A DNA stretch of 64,000 nucleotides from Xylographa opegraphella (taxonomy: Eukaryota). The translations under genes and the position numbers were made by a program. Where the stretch lies: NCBI GenBank assembly GCA_022813865.1, contig JALDZX010000011.1:124001-188000 (forward strand), read 5' to 3'. Shown piece after piece: positions 52,308 to 64,000 of this stretch (position 1 is the stretch's first letter; each line of letters begins with the position of its first letter). Under the pieces are notes generated by a model. That model worked only from the letters and a program-made list of their open reading frames with translations, had not been told where the DNA came from and did not search any database.

Positions 52308-54458
52308 GGCTGTGAGGTTTGATGGGCTGCTGAGAGGTTTGAGGGCGGTATTTGATCAAAGCGCTGCTTGAAAACGAAAGATCATGGTATCTAAATGGCT
52401 GTCAGACTACTCGGTCACGGCTGCTCGAGATGAGCATTTGCTGTTCGATGATGGAATCTCTCGTCGTACATGCTTCTTTTACGAGTTATGATTGCGTACG
52501 CCCCTACATCCCAACCACAACCGGAGCTGCGGATATAGCACACCCCTGTGACTAATAATCCCCTCAGTAAAAGGCTGCCACCACGGCATCCGCTGTAGGC
52601 CCAACGATGGCCTGGGCTCGAGTAGGTTCTGTAATCATTGGGCCCACACCCAGGATCAGGGCACCACAGCGAGCATTTGGCTAGCGCAATCCTATCAGGC
52701 CGACATTGTGCTCCCGTATGTCCAGCACATGACACGCTCGCTCCAATGAACTCGCTCTCCGGCCTCTCAACGACGGTGAGCCGTTGAATGAAGACGGACC
52801 AGCGACCTGGATGAGGAGCGAACGAAAGTCAATATGTGCTGCAACGAGAATAGAGAAGCAAGGTCTCATGCCGGCAGGAAATGGTGATCGTGTAGCTACC
52901 AGGCGAAGTTTTGTGGCAGCTCATGTTTCGTTGCACGCAAGGCTCGCTTAGCGTCAACGGCAGAAATGGGAACCAATCCGGCAGCAGCAGAGAAACCCCC
53001 AGGAGCAGACACGACGTAATGATTTGGCGGAAAAGCGAAAGCTTGGCACTTGAAGTCGTTATCGTAAATAAGCCTTGGTACGGAGAATGGTTCATGTGCC
53101 GTAAGATCCTCTGGCGTGGGTCGCCCAGACTAGACCTCGAAATCGTGGCCAATCATGAACCAACCAGACCCTCCAAATGAACCGATGTGGCTGCTTCAGC
53201 CGCTCGATTGCTTTACAAGCGACGTGACATCTGTTGGTGGGAGTAGGGACCCCAAACGAATTGAGGCAGGATAGGCATGGTATAACCCCTCCACAAGCTG
53301 TTGGTGACTCCATACAATTGGCGTAGGACATTCCTGGTCCGTCCTCCCTCGCCTTCCTGACTCGGAGAGATGAGCGAAATCGAGTCACTTCCAATTGGCT
53401 TGTGCCACTGACATCAGGCTTGTAATGGGGGTGAGGAACAGCGGTCAATCGGAGGGATATAATTGGGGGCGCATGATTTTGTAGACCGTATATATCTCTC
53501 GAGGCTTGCCACTTCTCTCATAACATTGCCATCTTCACCGTAAGAAGGCAGATTTGACGCATTCTTCGACAATGATTCGATGATCCTTCAATTGCATACT
53601 CTGCTGCATCAGTTCTCCACAGGTGCCGCTAGGCATGAGACCACGAGCCTTCTTGAGCAAAACCATGGATTGTGTTAGAGAGTACTCAGTTCTCTCGGTC
53701 ACCCGAGTGAGCTGCGCAAGTCGTCGTGTCATCAGACACAAACGCTGTTACTATGGTCGGCCCCCGATCTGCCTCGATCCCGTGCACAAGGCTTTCAACT
53801 TAGCTCCCTGAAGCTCGGCCTTCAACAATGACAGCAACCAAAAGAAAGACTGCCCACAACAGCCTCGGTGCTCGACGATACTATTATCCGTTTGGCGTTC
53901 CTGACGCTTGATCCAGAGTCGTCTGCTTAGGTATGCGCAATTTGGCTCCGTAGCTGACTTGCCACACCCCCCACACTCTCGGTGTCCACCCCTCCCACGT
54001 TTGAAAACCCAAACTTACTGTCTTATCCTGCCATAACATTTCTTTCTTATGGCTAACAAGTACAGCCTATGGTCAGTATTTCGCACAATCCTTTGATTGA
54101 TAGCATACCCACCCCTGACGAATCAAACTTCGCTGCCACATCGAGGGCCGATAACGTTCACCGACTCTGCAGACGTCCCTCGAGTTCTCAGCATAAGAAA
54201 GTATCCCGGATGAAGACGGTTCCTAGTCGAGTTCTCCTCTATTACAACGTATCGTTGTATTCTCGATGAGAAGGTGAGATCGCGAAAGCAGTTCACCCAG
54301 CGGAACCGCACCACTTGCTGTTGAAAAGTCGGCAGTGAACGACTGACTTCTCATTCATTGCCATCAACCCAAGACCGTCGACGTCAAGAGCAAAAACATA
54401 ACTTCAACATAGAGATCTGGACAACGTTCGATATTGAAACGCAACGCGATATATAAGC

Positions 54459-55254
54459 ATGTCCGGTCGCACCACCCCAGATGGCGAATCTCGGTTTGAA
54501 GTTGGTGACAACGACAGTCAATCGGAATGCAGTATAGATTCCGAAAGTGTGCCACCAATTACTGATCGTGTGGAGATCACCAACGATTCGTCAACGGCGC
54601 TGGCCAGCTATCGATCCGAGTCCGACCGCTGCCCCTCCGTTGATATAGAGGGCGACCTTGATTCGTTTCTCCTCTCACGTCGAGCGGGGCCTGAAGTAGC
54701 CCTCCTTCAAACTGGGACCTGGGCAGTGCAGAATCCAGGAACCGACCTACCGAGACAGGAAGGTGTAATCCCACAAGAACTCTTGTTGGATGAGGAGCCC
54801 ACTGACACGCATACACGAAGACGCCTTCGCGAAGAAGGTATGTTCATGAGCGACCTAGACCGTAGCTTTACCATAAGGTTAATCATAAACAGAAGAGCCT
54901 TGGTCACTGTTCAATCCTGCCATAATCTCCTACAATAGTATCGCCATAACATGGATCATTCGAATGTACCAACCTCGAGTGATCAGGCACACAAAGATGG
55001 CAATACAACAGTTCCTCCAGTTCGACGAGGCAGGCTGTTACGGAGACGTTGAGGGGATTTGGATAGCACAGCGAGATGCTCACCGCCATATTCGACTTGC
55101 CTGCGATACGTTCTTAGCCATGGTCGTTGCTCTTGCGGTTCTCGCCTTACTTACCTTGGGAAGCTATGGTATCGAATTATCATTCATGATCATATATGGC
55201 TTGGGTTTGCTAGCCTTCGCAGTGCTTGCTGTCATTCGAATGCTGTTCGCATGA
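54459..55254 (+). CDS. Hypothetical protein (about 246 aa) with acidic N-terminus and two C-terminal TM helices
   Basis: Intron 54838-54892 (GTATGT..TTAAT..CAG) joins two ORFs in frame; hydrophobic C-terminus FLAMVVALAVLALL..IIYGLGLLAFAVLAVI. Confidence 0.55.
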
Positions 55255-57374
55255 CCGGCCTACTCGGATTCGCTACCACCAGAGATACCACCAGACAAGT
55301 CCACTGGAGCATGCCGAACATATACCGATCCATCAAACATCCAACCCGCGGAGAAAGGGAGACAAGTGTACAAAATTGGCGAGGAAATATAATCTGCCGT
55401 CATATATACTAGCCGGATCAGCCGTATGATTATTGTGCTTGAGCTTGCTCTGTCGTTATCGATTGTTTTCTGATTGGATATCACATGTTGTATGGAATTA
55501 TGTCGTCTCAGTCTCTTCGCTGAGCAGCTTGTCTCGAAGTCGTCGAATGGTATCTGATTCCATGACTTCCGGGACGGAGTTGGGGATTTGAGCGATGATT
55601 GTCCGGAATGGTGTCTATGAAGTGAAGATATGTTGGTTATTTAAAAGTTATGTCTGTTGTTGTGTTAGTGTATGAGCTTTGCATATGACAGAAATCCTAC
55701 ATGATCCAGTACCACCCCGCACTGATAGCTGAAGCAGCTTGACCAACGAGTTTCCTTCTCATCACAGTCTATGGTGACCAAGACGACACGACGTTAGAGT
55801 AAGCTCTTGGCCCGAAGCTATTGTACGCCCTGTCTCGGAAAGATCCTTAGTAAGAGGTAAGCGGAGGTTAGATTCTAGTTCGATATAAGCTTTGGAGGTT
55901 GACAAATCTCCGTCTCCCGTATCGCCAAGCCTCGGAGTGTGAATAACTCCTTCACAATGGACTTCTCCTTCACGCAACACCCTTGCTGGCATAGGAAAAT
56001 TGCTAAATTCCATCGTGATGATAATCTCAACCTTGGATGTAAAAATCAAGTTTGATGATGGGGTGAGGTTGAGATAAGCACGCCCTTCTAGGGATGTGAT
56101 ATGTCTCAAAAGTGGACCGCAATGCAAACCCTTACTGGGTCCCACACATCGACAGTGCAGCAAGGTTGCGTTTAACGCCTGATATGTGGCTCGAACCATG
56201 CAACCTTGCATGGCATTGGGTTTTTTAATCACATATTGTCATAGGCTCATGTGCACGGGGAGCCCGAAAGTCCAACTTGTGATGGACAAGATACATAAGG
56301 ACATCATTACCGCACGCAGATATGCCTATATCCGCCAACCCACCTATTGACTCGCATGAAGGCTTTGGACTACACTGTCGACACCTACACACGACTCGCC
56401 TCAAAGGACAGCCTCTCTCGAAATACTACATAACAAATTTTGGCCGAGGCTAACTCCAGTAGCTACCACAATGCTAGGAGAATAAGCGAAGGGGGGCCTG
56501 CTATCACTGATGTATTGCCAGCTGTCTGCAGTTGACCACGGTTTCATATATGCTATTTGCTAACTCGATGTGTGTTTCTAGTGCCTCGAAACCAACCGAG
56601 TTCATGCAGTAGCTTGCCCTGAAGTCAACAATACTAGGGCCAAAAAGAAGTCTGTCATGACGCTCTCGAAGTGCATGGACTATGACACTGCATGTCAAGT
56701 GGTACGCTTGAGGGACACGGGCCTACGTTTCGCGCCATGTAGCGCATGGTCAGAGCGGAAGGCACAGACTCTACCGAGTACCGCTTCTTCAGAAGGCGAC
56801 TCAAAACTCCGCAACCATATTGACGAACAGTCCGATCTAATGGCACCGGCTTGGAAATGAAATGGAGCAAAACCTCAAGTGCTTTTGCAAAACGGACGTG
56901 TTCGGCCAATATCAGTACCAGGTCATCCTCCCATGAAGGCACATCCGCCAAGTCAGAATCCGACGATTCACACCTATACTATGTCATAGCCTAGGACGAT
57001 TTTGATGGAACTACCTGCTTTTGCACCAGTCAATAGTATGAGACTTCACTCGAACATATTGAGTACCGTTAGTCCAGACTTTTAACCGGATCATTTGGTG
57101 ACATGTCTGGCCATAATACAATATGGTCACCAGGAAAACACCTACGAATGGAACGATCGGGTATGAATTGTACCAACTGTCAAGCAAGTCGAGTATCGTA
57201 CATGCACCCACTTTAGCACCGTCGCTCGCAGAATAATGGGGATATCTCAATCGATCAATCTCGGAAAGCCAAAGCGGCTTCCCCACATCAGAACGAGCAT
57301 TAACATAGGCCTGCCATCGCCCGAAGATCGTCAATCAAAGATCCAATACCAACGTCCCAGACCACGCCTCGAAC

Positions 57375-58192
57375 CTAGAAGAGACCAAACCTCTTCCGCC
57401 TAGTGCGTGTCGTTGTCGTAGTGTTATTGTACCCGCCATTGTATCCCGCCCCATGATCATACGCATCCCCACGATTCTTGTAGCTCCCGCTCCGCCTCTT
57501 CTCCTTCCGCGCGCTGAAGCAAGTGAACAGGACGATGAACATTCCAAAGAACAGCAGCACCATGGCCGTCAAGATGGTCCACATGCCAGTCGAGTAGTAG
57601 GCGTTGCTCCCACTCCCGTCCCCATTCACATGGTCCTTGATGATCCCGAACAGCGCGAAATCAATCGCCATCGCCACGAGGGTGATGATCCACGCCAACG
57701 CCGCCACGATCGCTCCGAGCAAGGAGCCCACGATGCCGGCGCCAATGCTCAGCAGGAAGGCGATGAACGCAATTCCACAGGCGATCGGGTGCAGGATCAT
57801 GGCGTAGGTGAGCCCGTCCGCGGACGCGGAGGCGGTCCTGCTGAAGCCGGTGCCGTCGATGTCGGCCATTATGGTGGCAGGGTGATAGCCGACGGACCTG
57901 GGGTAGCAGTAGTCCTGGTCGGTAGCGGCGGGGGCGACGTCGAGCACGCAGTGGCCGAAGGTGCCGAAGGTGACCGACGAGTTGCGCAGCGCGGATTGGT
58001 TGGTCAGCATCACTTTGAGGATGGCGATATCGCCGATGACGGGAGCGGAGATGGTGGTGACGAGGAGGAGGATGGAAGCGATGAGGAGGAAGGCCACGCC
58101 GACCCTGTGGGTGAGCGGTGGGTTAGTGTGTTAAAGCGGTGATGAGAGGAACAGGGAACTGCGTACCAGTGCAGTGGAGAGGTGCGCGCCAT
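57375..58192 (-). CDS. PalI/Rim9/SUR7-family four-TM membrane protein
   Basis: MARTSPLHW / intron / VGVAFLLIASILLLVTTISAP..FGTFGHC..C..GY..ILHPIACG..IDFALF. Confidence 0.9.
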
Positions 58193-59929
58193 GGTGGAAG
58201 CAGGCTATTGATGAGATCGCTGTGTGAGATGATGAGTTGGCTATCGCAGCTGTGGTCGGACTTGCACACACACGGCGAGCAGAACGAGAGATGGGATTGA
58301 ATTGAAGAAGGAAGAAGATGGCGACAGTAAACAAAGGACGCACAGATGAAGGGCAGTTTCACGTTTAAATTGATTCACCGTGTCTCCCCCGGCCGCCCGC
58401 AGCAGGTTTGCGTGAAGCACTGAGCAATTTCCCGAAGCGAGTTTCGTCAAAACACAATTTACGTCATCGGGTGACGGGGCTCACACCACTCTCGCACCAT
58501 GCTCAGCTGTACATCCCGGCGAAAGTCAATTAAGCTTCTCCGCAAACAGGGTCTGGGCTTGGGAGATCTTGGTAGGATGACGCGCTAGAGGCAGGTGCCG
58601 AGCGGCTGAGCCACAGTCGCTGAGCTGGCTGTGGCGAAGGGCTACGTAAGGTGTGGCGCACGCGTATATTCGACCAAGGGAGGTGCGTGCATCTTTAATG
58701 GAGATATTTGTCTGTGTTGCTGATCGGTACGCTACTGTACATCCTTTGGAGACGAAGGCAAGTTCTAGAGCACCCCGTTAAATCGTATTCCTTGTCTTCT
58801 TCCTCACGGGCCCAACTATCATCTCCCCGAAGGTAATTATCGTCACATGAACATCTGGCGATCACCTCCGTTTCTGTGGTGGAGGTTTTCGTCGTCTTGG
58901 CCTTGGTGCAAGCCAATGATCTCCACCCATCTTGAACTGTCGATTGTACGCGTTAAGGCACTCTCTCCCCATTCGTCATCAGGCAGACTTGCAAACACAC
59001 ACTTGGCTACGATGTCAGCCCTGGTGGCAATCTTCATTTATCAAGTGGGGTGGTTCATGTTGCCGCGCACATGAAATTGACTCCTCTCCCGTCCCTACTC
59101 TGGATGGCCTCCTCCCAGGCTATATATTCGGTCTGGTGTCCACGAAGGAGCGAAAGGATACGCCATAATTCGATACGAAGGTGGAGATGGCAGCGATTGA
59201 AATGAAAGCCCCTTATGATTGACGAGATATATAGTTAAGAAACCGATCCGAGAAAGCGGGACCGATGACCCGGAAGTCAGGAAGGCGGATGTCCAGTCCA
59301 GAGTGAAGTCGGCGACGGAGAACATTCGAGCTTTGAAAAGTATTCGGTCTGAGAAGATCACCGCGCGTAGAGGCGGAACGTCGTCCGGTGGCAAAGCTGA
59401 ATATGCGGCATTCTCAACAGCCCAGATGTCAGACCAGCCTAACGCGAGCAACTACGCACCGGGCATATCGCCTCGGAGGGGCCTACCACCGAAAAGTCTT
59501 CATTCGACGCTTCCGATGTCATTATATGACTGCGGGTACACGTTGAAGATATCCACTTGCGATATCCACTGGTCGAGGTCGGCATCGAATCAGGAGTCAT
59601 GAGCAGTGGCGCAGACAGGCGGGAAATATGCGTCGGCCGTTCGACTCGAGAAGTTACCAACCTTTGGAAGCTAGGTTTCAAACGGTGCATGAATATCCAT
59701 GGTGATGTTTTCATTCAAGCCTGAAGTATACTTCGCAGTCATAGTTCTAGACAATAAGCAAGTCGTCTTGATAAAAACTCCGCAGTTCCCAACTCTCAAC
59801 AGCAAGGGTATCATACTATAACAAAATCACTGCCTATACACCACCCACAAATCCCAAAAGACGCCGTCCACGAACCTCCCCCCTCAATCAATACACCCAG
59901 AGAAACCCCCAGCACAGGCCCCCTCTACC

Positions 59930-60466
59930 CTATGCCCCATCCACAGGATTCCCAACGCCGTCCTCAGGCCCCTCCCTCCCAACCTCCGCCTTCCCATCCC
60001 CCTCCTCCGGCACCTCCTCCCCCTTCTCACACACCTCCTCCCCCATCAGCTCTCTCCACAAGCGCCACAGATCCCACCACATCGTCCACCAAAACGCCTT
60101 CCCGTCGTCCTTCCAGCCCTTGCAGCTGGGTACCCTCTGCCCGTTCTCATCCACCCACCGCTTCACGCTGACGGCGACCCGGACTTCCTCCCACAGGCCC
60201 AGGCCAGAAGCGATGTTGCTCCTGCCACGTGCGTTCGTAAGGCCATAGAGCGTCCATGGCGACCGCGGAACGAGGGCCGTGTCGTTGTTGGCGATGGCGT
60301 CGTTGTCGTGGTGGTGGTGGTGGTGGTGGTAGGAGTTGGCGTCGCCGGAGGGAGGGGCGAGGTGGTCGGTCAAGGGTGGTGTGCCGTATGGCAGGGCACC
60401 CGAGGTGGCGAACAAGCCGAACACGGAGAGGAGGAGGAGAAGGAGAAGGCGGTCGAAGGCGTACAT
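59930..60466 (-). CDS. Putative small secreted protein with His7 run
   Basis: Signal-peptide-like MYAFDRLLLLLLLSVFGLFATSGALP, HHHHHHH, LVPR, Trp-rich region with two Cys; single 178 aa ORF. Confidence 0.55.
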   Translation of the reverse strand: MYAFDRLLLLLLLSVFGLFATSGALPYGTPPLTDHLAPPSGDANSYHHHHHHHDNDAIANNDTALVPRSPWTLYGLTNARGRSNIASGLGLWEEVRVAVSVKRWVDENGQRVPSCKGWKDDGKAFWWTMWWDLWRLWRELMGEEVCEKGEEVPEEGDGKAEVGREGPEDGVGNPVDGA

Positions 60467-62050
60467 GTCGGAATTGGAGGAGAGTCAGTCGGGTTGGACG
60501 GGGTATTATTTAATGGTAGATGGGTTGGATAGATGGTCTTATATGGCTGGTTTTAACTATAGATAAACAGTGTAGAGAGCGATCAATTTTGCGAAAGAAA
60601 TGGGACTGTTTTGCAGGGCTTTAGATAGGGAGACAGGATGTGAAGGTGCTGAGGAAGGGGAGGGCGAGAAGCAGGTTCATATATTATTGCGAATCTTAGG
60701 TATGAATGGTACTGAAAAGTCTGCTTGGAAAAGTTCGAATCGAGACCAGAGCTCAAAGTGAAAGACCATCATACTTTTCCCAGTGGAAGAAAGCTCGATG
60801 CGTCGAGTACCAGGTTCACGGAAGAAAATCTTGTAGCTTTCATGAAGTCTGTCACATGAAAAGGAAAACCCCGAGGAATTGACTTTTGCTCAGATAAGCA
60901 TATCCATGGAATTGCTATGGAGAGCACTGAAGTATAATACATGCGCTTCCAGGCATCGATCTGGAGCATAGAGTTGATCTCACAAATTGTTGCTTGAAGG
61001 CTTCATCATTTATACGGCTATGATCCACCACGACAATATCTGGTTCCGAGAGCTTGGCAATAGTCTAGATTTTGTCGGGGGCACGCTTGTGGACGATGTT
61101 GCTCTGGTCTCAAAAGCCACGGGCAGCACCTTTTGATGCCTTGACCCACAGATTTCGTTATGACTGGGCCTCATCAGAACGTGCGATCATAAAGGTACCA
61201 CATCAAAACGCTACCCAGTGTCCCAAGGTGGTGAATGAAGAGAACTTAAAATGTGTCTTCGTGCTTTGTAATTGACCCCACGAACCCTCTGGATGAATTC
61301 TGAATTTGACTGGACAAAGTGCATGGAAAAAATGGTCAGTAGAGGCCCACCAGTTTACCGAGGGCGGAGAAACCTCCAACCAAGGTCATCAGCACTTCTA
61401 GTCGATCGATGAAGTATGGTCGTCTTGATCCAATCGGGCTCTTAACGAAGCTGAACAGCTAGCCAAGCCCAAAAGCAAGATGATCGCAAGGGAGGACTTA
61501 CAAGCAACAGCGAGAGAGACATGCATCTGCGCTGGCGTCTAGCATAATCCGATTGCGGATTGACTGAATCGCCTTCTTCGATCTTCACAGCTGTGAGGCA
61601 CAAGCAGCCGACTCTTTTTTGAACTCGATGCGCATCTATCATTTTCATACCGCTATGGTCTCATGCAGGACGACTACTTCCATTTGGGAAGAAACAAATT
61701 CGGCATCCTTGGGATTCGTCTCTCGCCGTCGAACACAAGCGAGTTTTGGACGGCCAAAGAGCTCTTGGTTATCACTCACGATTTGTGTAGTATATGCCAA
61801 ACTTATCTAAAAGTAGGCTGGCCGTCTTGATAATAACTTGATACTTCGTAGTCTCTTTTCATTGGTGAGTGTTCTATCTAAAGCTCGAATACCTAGGAAC
61901 TCTTGCAAGGTCAAAAGCATCTGCATCTGCATCTGGAGCCTTCCTCCTGATGCGCTATGGTGCGGACCCGATGGCCGTTCACCGCTTTCCATTATTTGGC
62001 AGGGTTTGTTCTTGATCCGGACGTAGCCAAATGGATAGTCCGAACAACTC

Positions 62051-63226
62051 TTAATTTTTACGAACGACCTTGACTCCGCTACTAGGGACTTGTCGCGCGA
62101 TCTCCTCGAAATCGTCCAGGTCATCGTCATCGTCATCTCCTGCATTATCCGCTTGCGTTCGCGTCTCATTTGCCTTTGCTTCCTCTTCTAAAGCCTTTCT
62201 TTCCATCTCATCAAACTCTTCTTTCCTATCTATCCACCGCTCTTGCACGTCTTGCGCCGTCATTGAGCTCATACCTTCTCTTATCGCAACCTGCCACACT
62301 GTATCGTTTGCGCCTTCGGCTCCCCCAAATGCGTATCCGCCTGCACGATCAATGGCTTGCAGGAGGTTCATCATACTCCTCTTGTCCTCCACGGCGAGAG
62401 TTTCAAAGCTGACAAGCCCGAAGTCTTCTATCAGTTCGACAATTGCTCTGTTCAGACCTTCAAACTTGGAGTTCCCCATGACCGAGGACTCCTGAGCCAT
62501 TTGCGGTAACAGATATGAGAGATCTTGGACTTCGGTATAGAAGTCAAGATTGAATGGTAAGGGAGAGTATAATGAGAGATTGTCGATCTTCGTAAGAACA
62601 TTCAGATGAGGTAGGTCCATCTGCAACATAGATCGTAGTGAAAGCAGGAGCGTGGAGATGTAGAGAGAAGGCAGTGTCAGTATGTACGAATCTGTCAGAT
62701 GAAGGGCGACTAGCTAAAGAGGACAAGAATCAGTACAGTTTCATGGCAGGAGTCGGAATGAAGGGTGGGAGCAGACTCTATACCCCAGCTTCTGTATTCG
62801 GAAAAATATGTTTCGTAACGAGGTATGGTGCGTAAATAGCTCGACCTGCCCGGGACAGTCAAACAGCACATAGTCCTCTGCCATATCCACGTATCAGTCC
62901 AGAGTATCGAGTCGTGCCCTGCTCTTGTCGACCCTACCTCCCAAGCCCTTGAGGCCCTGCTCTAACCATTCCCAGTTGTGCTCCAGCTCCTCGAGAGCAT
63001 ATAGCACAGCGCCATTTGGACCCAGTTGATCATCCTCCATGATCTCCTCGAGCTTTACCAGATCTCGAACATCCAGGGCGCACGGACACGATGTATGGTC
63101 ATTGGCGGGATCAAGGTTGACGACTGAGCACTTACGGCCTATAGCCGACATGAACTGATGCATGCCATTGCAGAAAGTAGACTTGCCCGACCCAGGCGGT
63201 CCGATGACAAGCTGCGCGAATGGCAT
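62051..63226 (-). CDS. GPN2: GPN-loop GTPase 2
   Basis: MPFAQLVIGPPGSGKST, VNLDPAN, LGPNG, FDCPGQVELFTH, LPHLNVLTKID; two introns. Confidence 0.95.
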
Positions 63227-64000
63227 TTGGAACGCAGTCGCTGAAAGCCTCGAAGATCAAAATTGCATAGGTAGATCAGGGATTCTGATTAGGGTTAGTG
63301 GATCCAGATATCACATGCAAACAGTCCAAACACATCTACGTTCCTAAAGTAAGGCAGCCTCACAGATGATGTTTCCCTCCGTATTATATGCCTATATAGA
63401 TCCACAACTGAAAGCGTTTAGAAACTGCTGATTCTGTCGATCATCTGATCGATATGATGTAGCGACATGCTTTACATCTTTACGATACAAAGTCTTCGTC
63501 ATACTTTTTCGCCTGCTTATATCTCTTCTCCCAACAATGAAATCACATAGAAGACTTTGATTCGTGGATATGGCGCATAATAACTAGACTATCGCCGGTT
63601 AATCGATAATGGAAGACAGAGAGTTCCAAACGCTTTGCTTCTTATATTCTGCTCCCTGCAAAGCGGCCTGGACCAACCCAGTATTGCAACTCTGGGCTCT
63701 GTACGAAAATATCTGCTGTTATATTGATACTACTGGATCTGCGCCTCGTGTACATGTTCTGCTGCATAGATATACAGGACCTAATTCAAACAGCCCCGAT
63801 TGCTTTCACGAGGATTGTGTAAATGGGACTATCCTCGATCAGCCAAGGCTAAGCACGGCATAAATATTTTGTAGACAGGTGTGCGAATTATCCAGATAGA
63901 CTTCATAGTGGTCAGTCAAGAGCGGGAAATATAACAATGTGAGGACAATTGTCGAATCATGGCGGGTATTATATCTGACATTAAATAAGCTCGTCAGCTT

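Noticed and set aside
52400..53450. RQRILRHMN resembling DUF2470 starts, with nearby ORF fragments
   Set aside because: Similarity stops after the motif, no ATG start, frames interrupted
1..64000. CRISPR arrays, rRNA, intact transposons, secondary metabolite cluster
   Set aside because: No repeat-spacer arrays, rRNA motifs, transposase/RT domains or PKS/NRPS genes recognised

Overview
Gene-dense, intron-containing genomic DNA from a filamentous ascomycete (Pezizomycotina-type GT..CTRAC..YAG introns, mostly ~50-110 nt). Most genes are conserved housekeeping genes: LYC1-like GNAT, DCC1, a Bud3/Gef2-like RhoGEF, a small Zn-finger protein, het-C, MCH1-like MFS transporter, importin-9/KAP114, REV7, an RNF216-like RBR ligase, POP5, gephyrin/cnxE, VMA16, TOA2, TMEM42-like, TOM20, EXO84, a PalI/SUR7 protein and GPN2. 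Manual splicing reveals two accessory modules not visible in the ORF track. (1) A 5-exon gene for a tandem two-ubiquitin-like-domain protein ending ...LHLVFRLPGG-GIV (ISG15/FAT10-like architecture), divergently paired with a compact RING1-IBR-RING2 E3 gene and lying next to het-C. (2) An RRM-like/SesB-like pseudo-hydrolase/vWA fusion followed by a gene with a SesA/HeLo-like N-terminal helix and a Zn-binding tail. About 11 roughly 1-kb islands switch sharply from C-rich to G-rich, in genes of either strand, in introns and in non-coding DNA. No intact transposon, tRNA, rRNA or CRISPR array was recognised. All gene models and family assignments were made by eye, without database searches.
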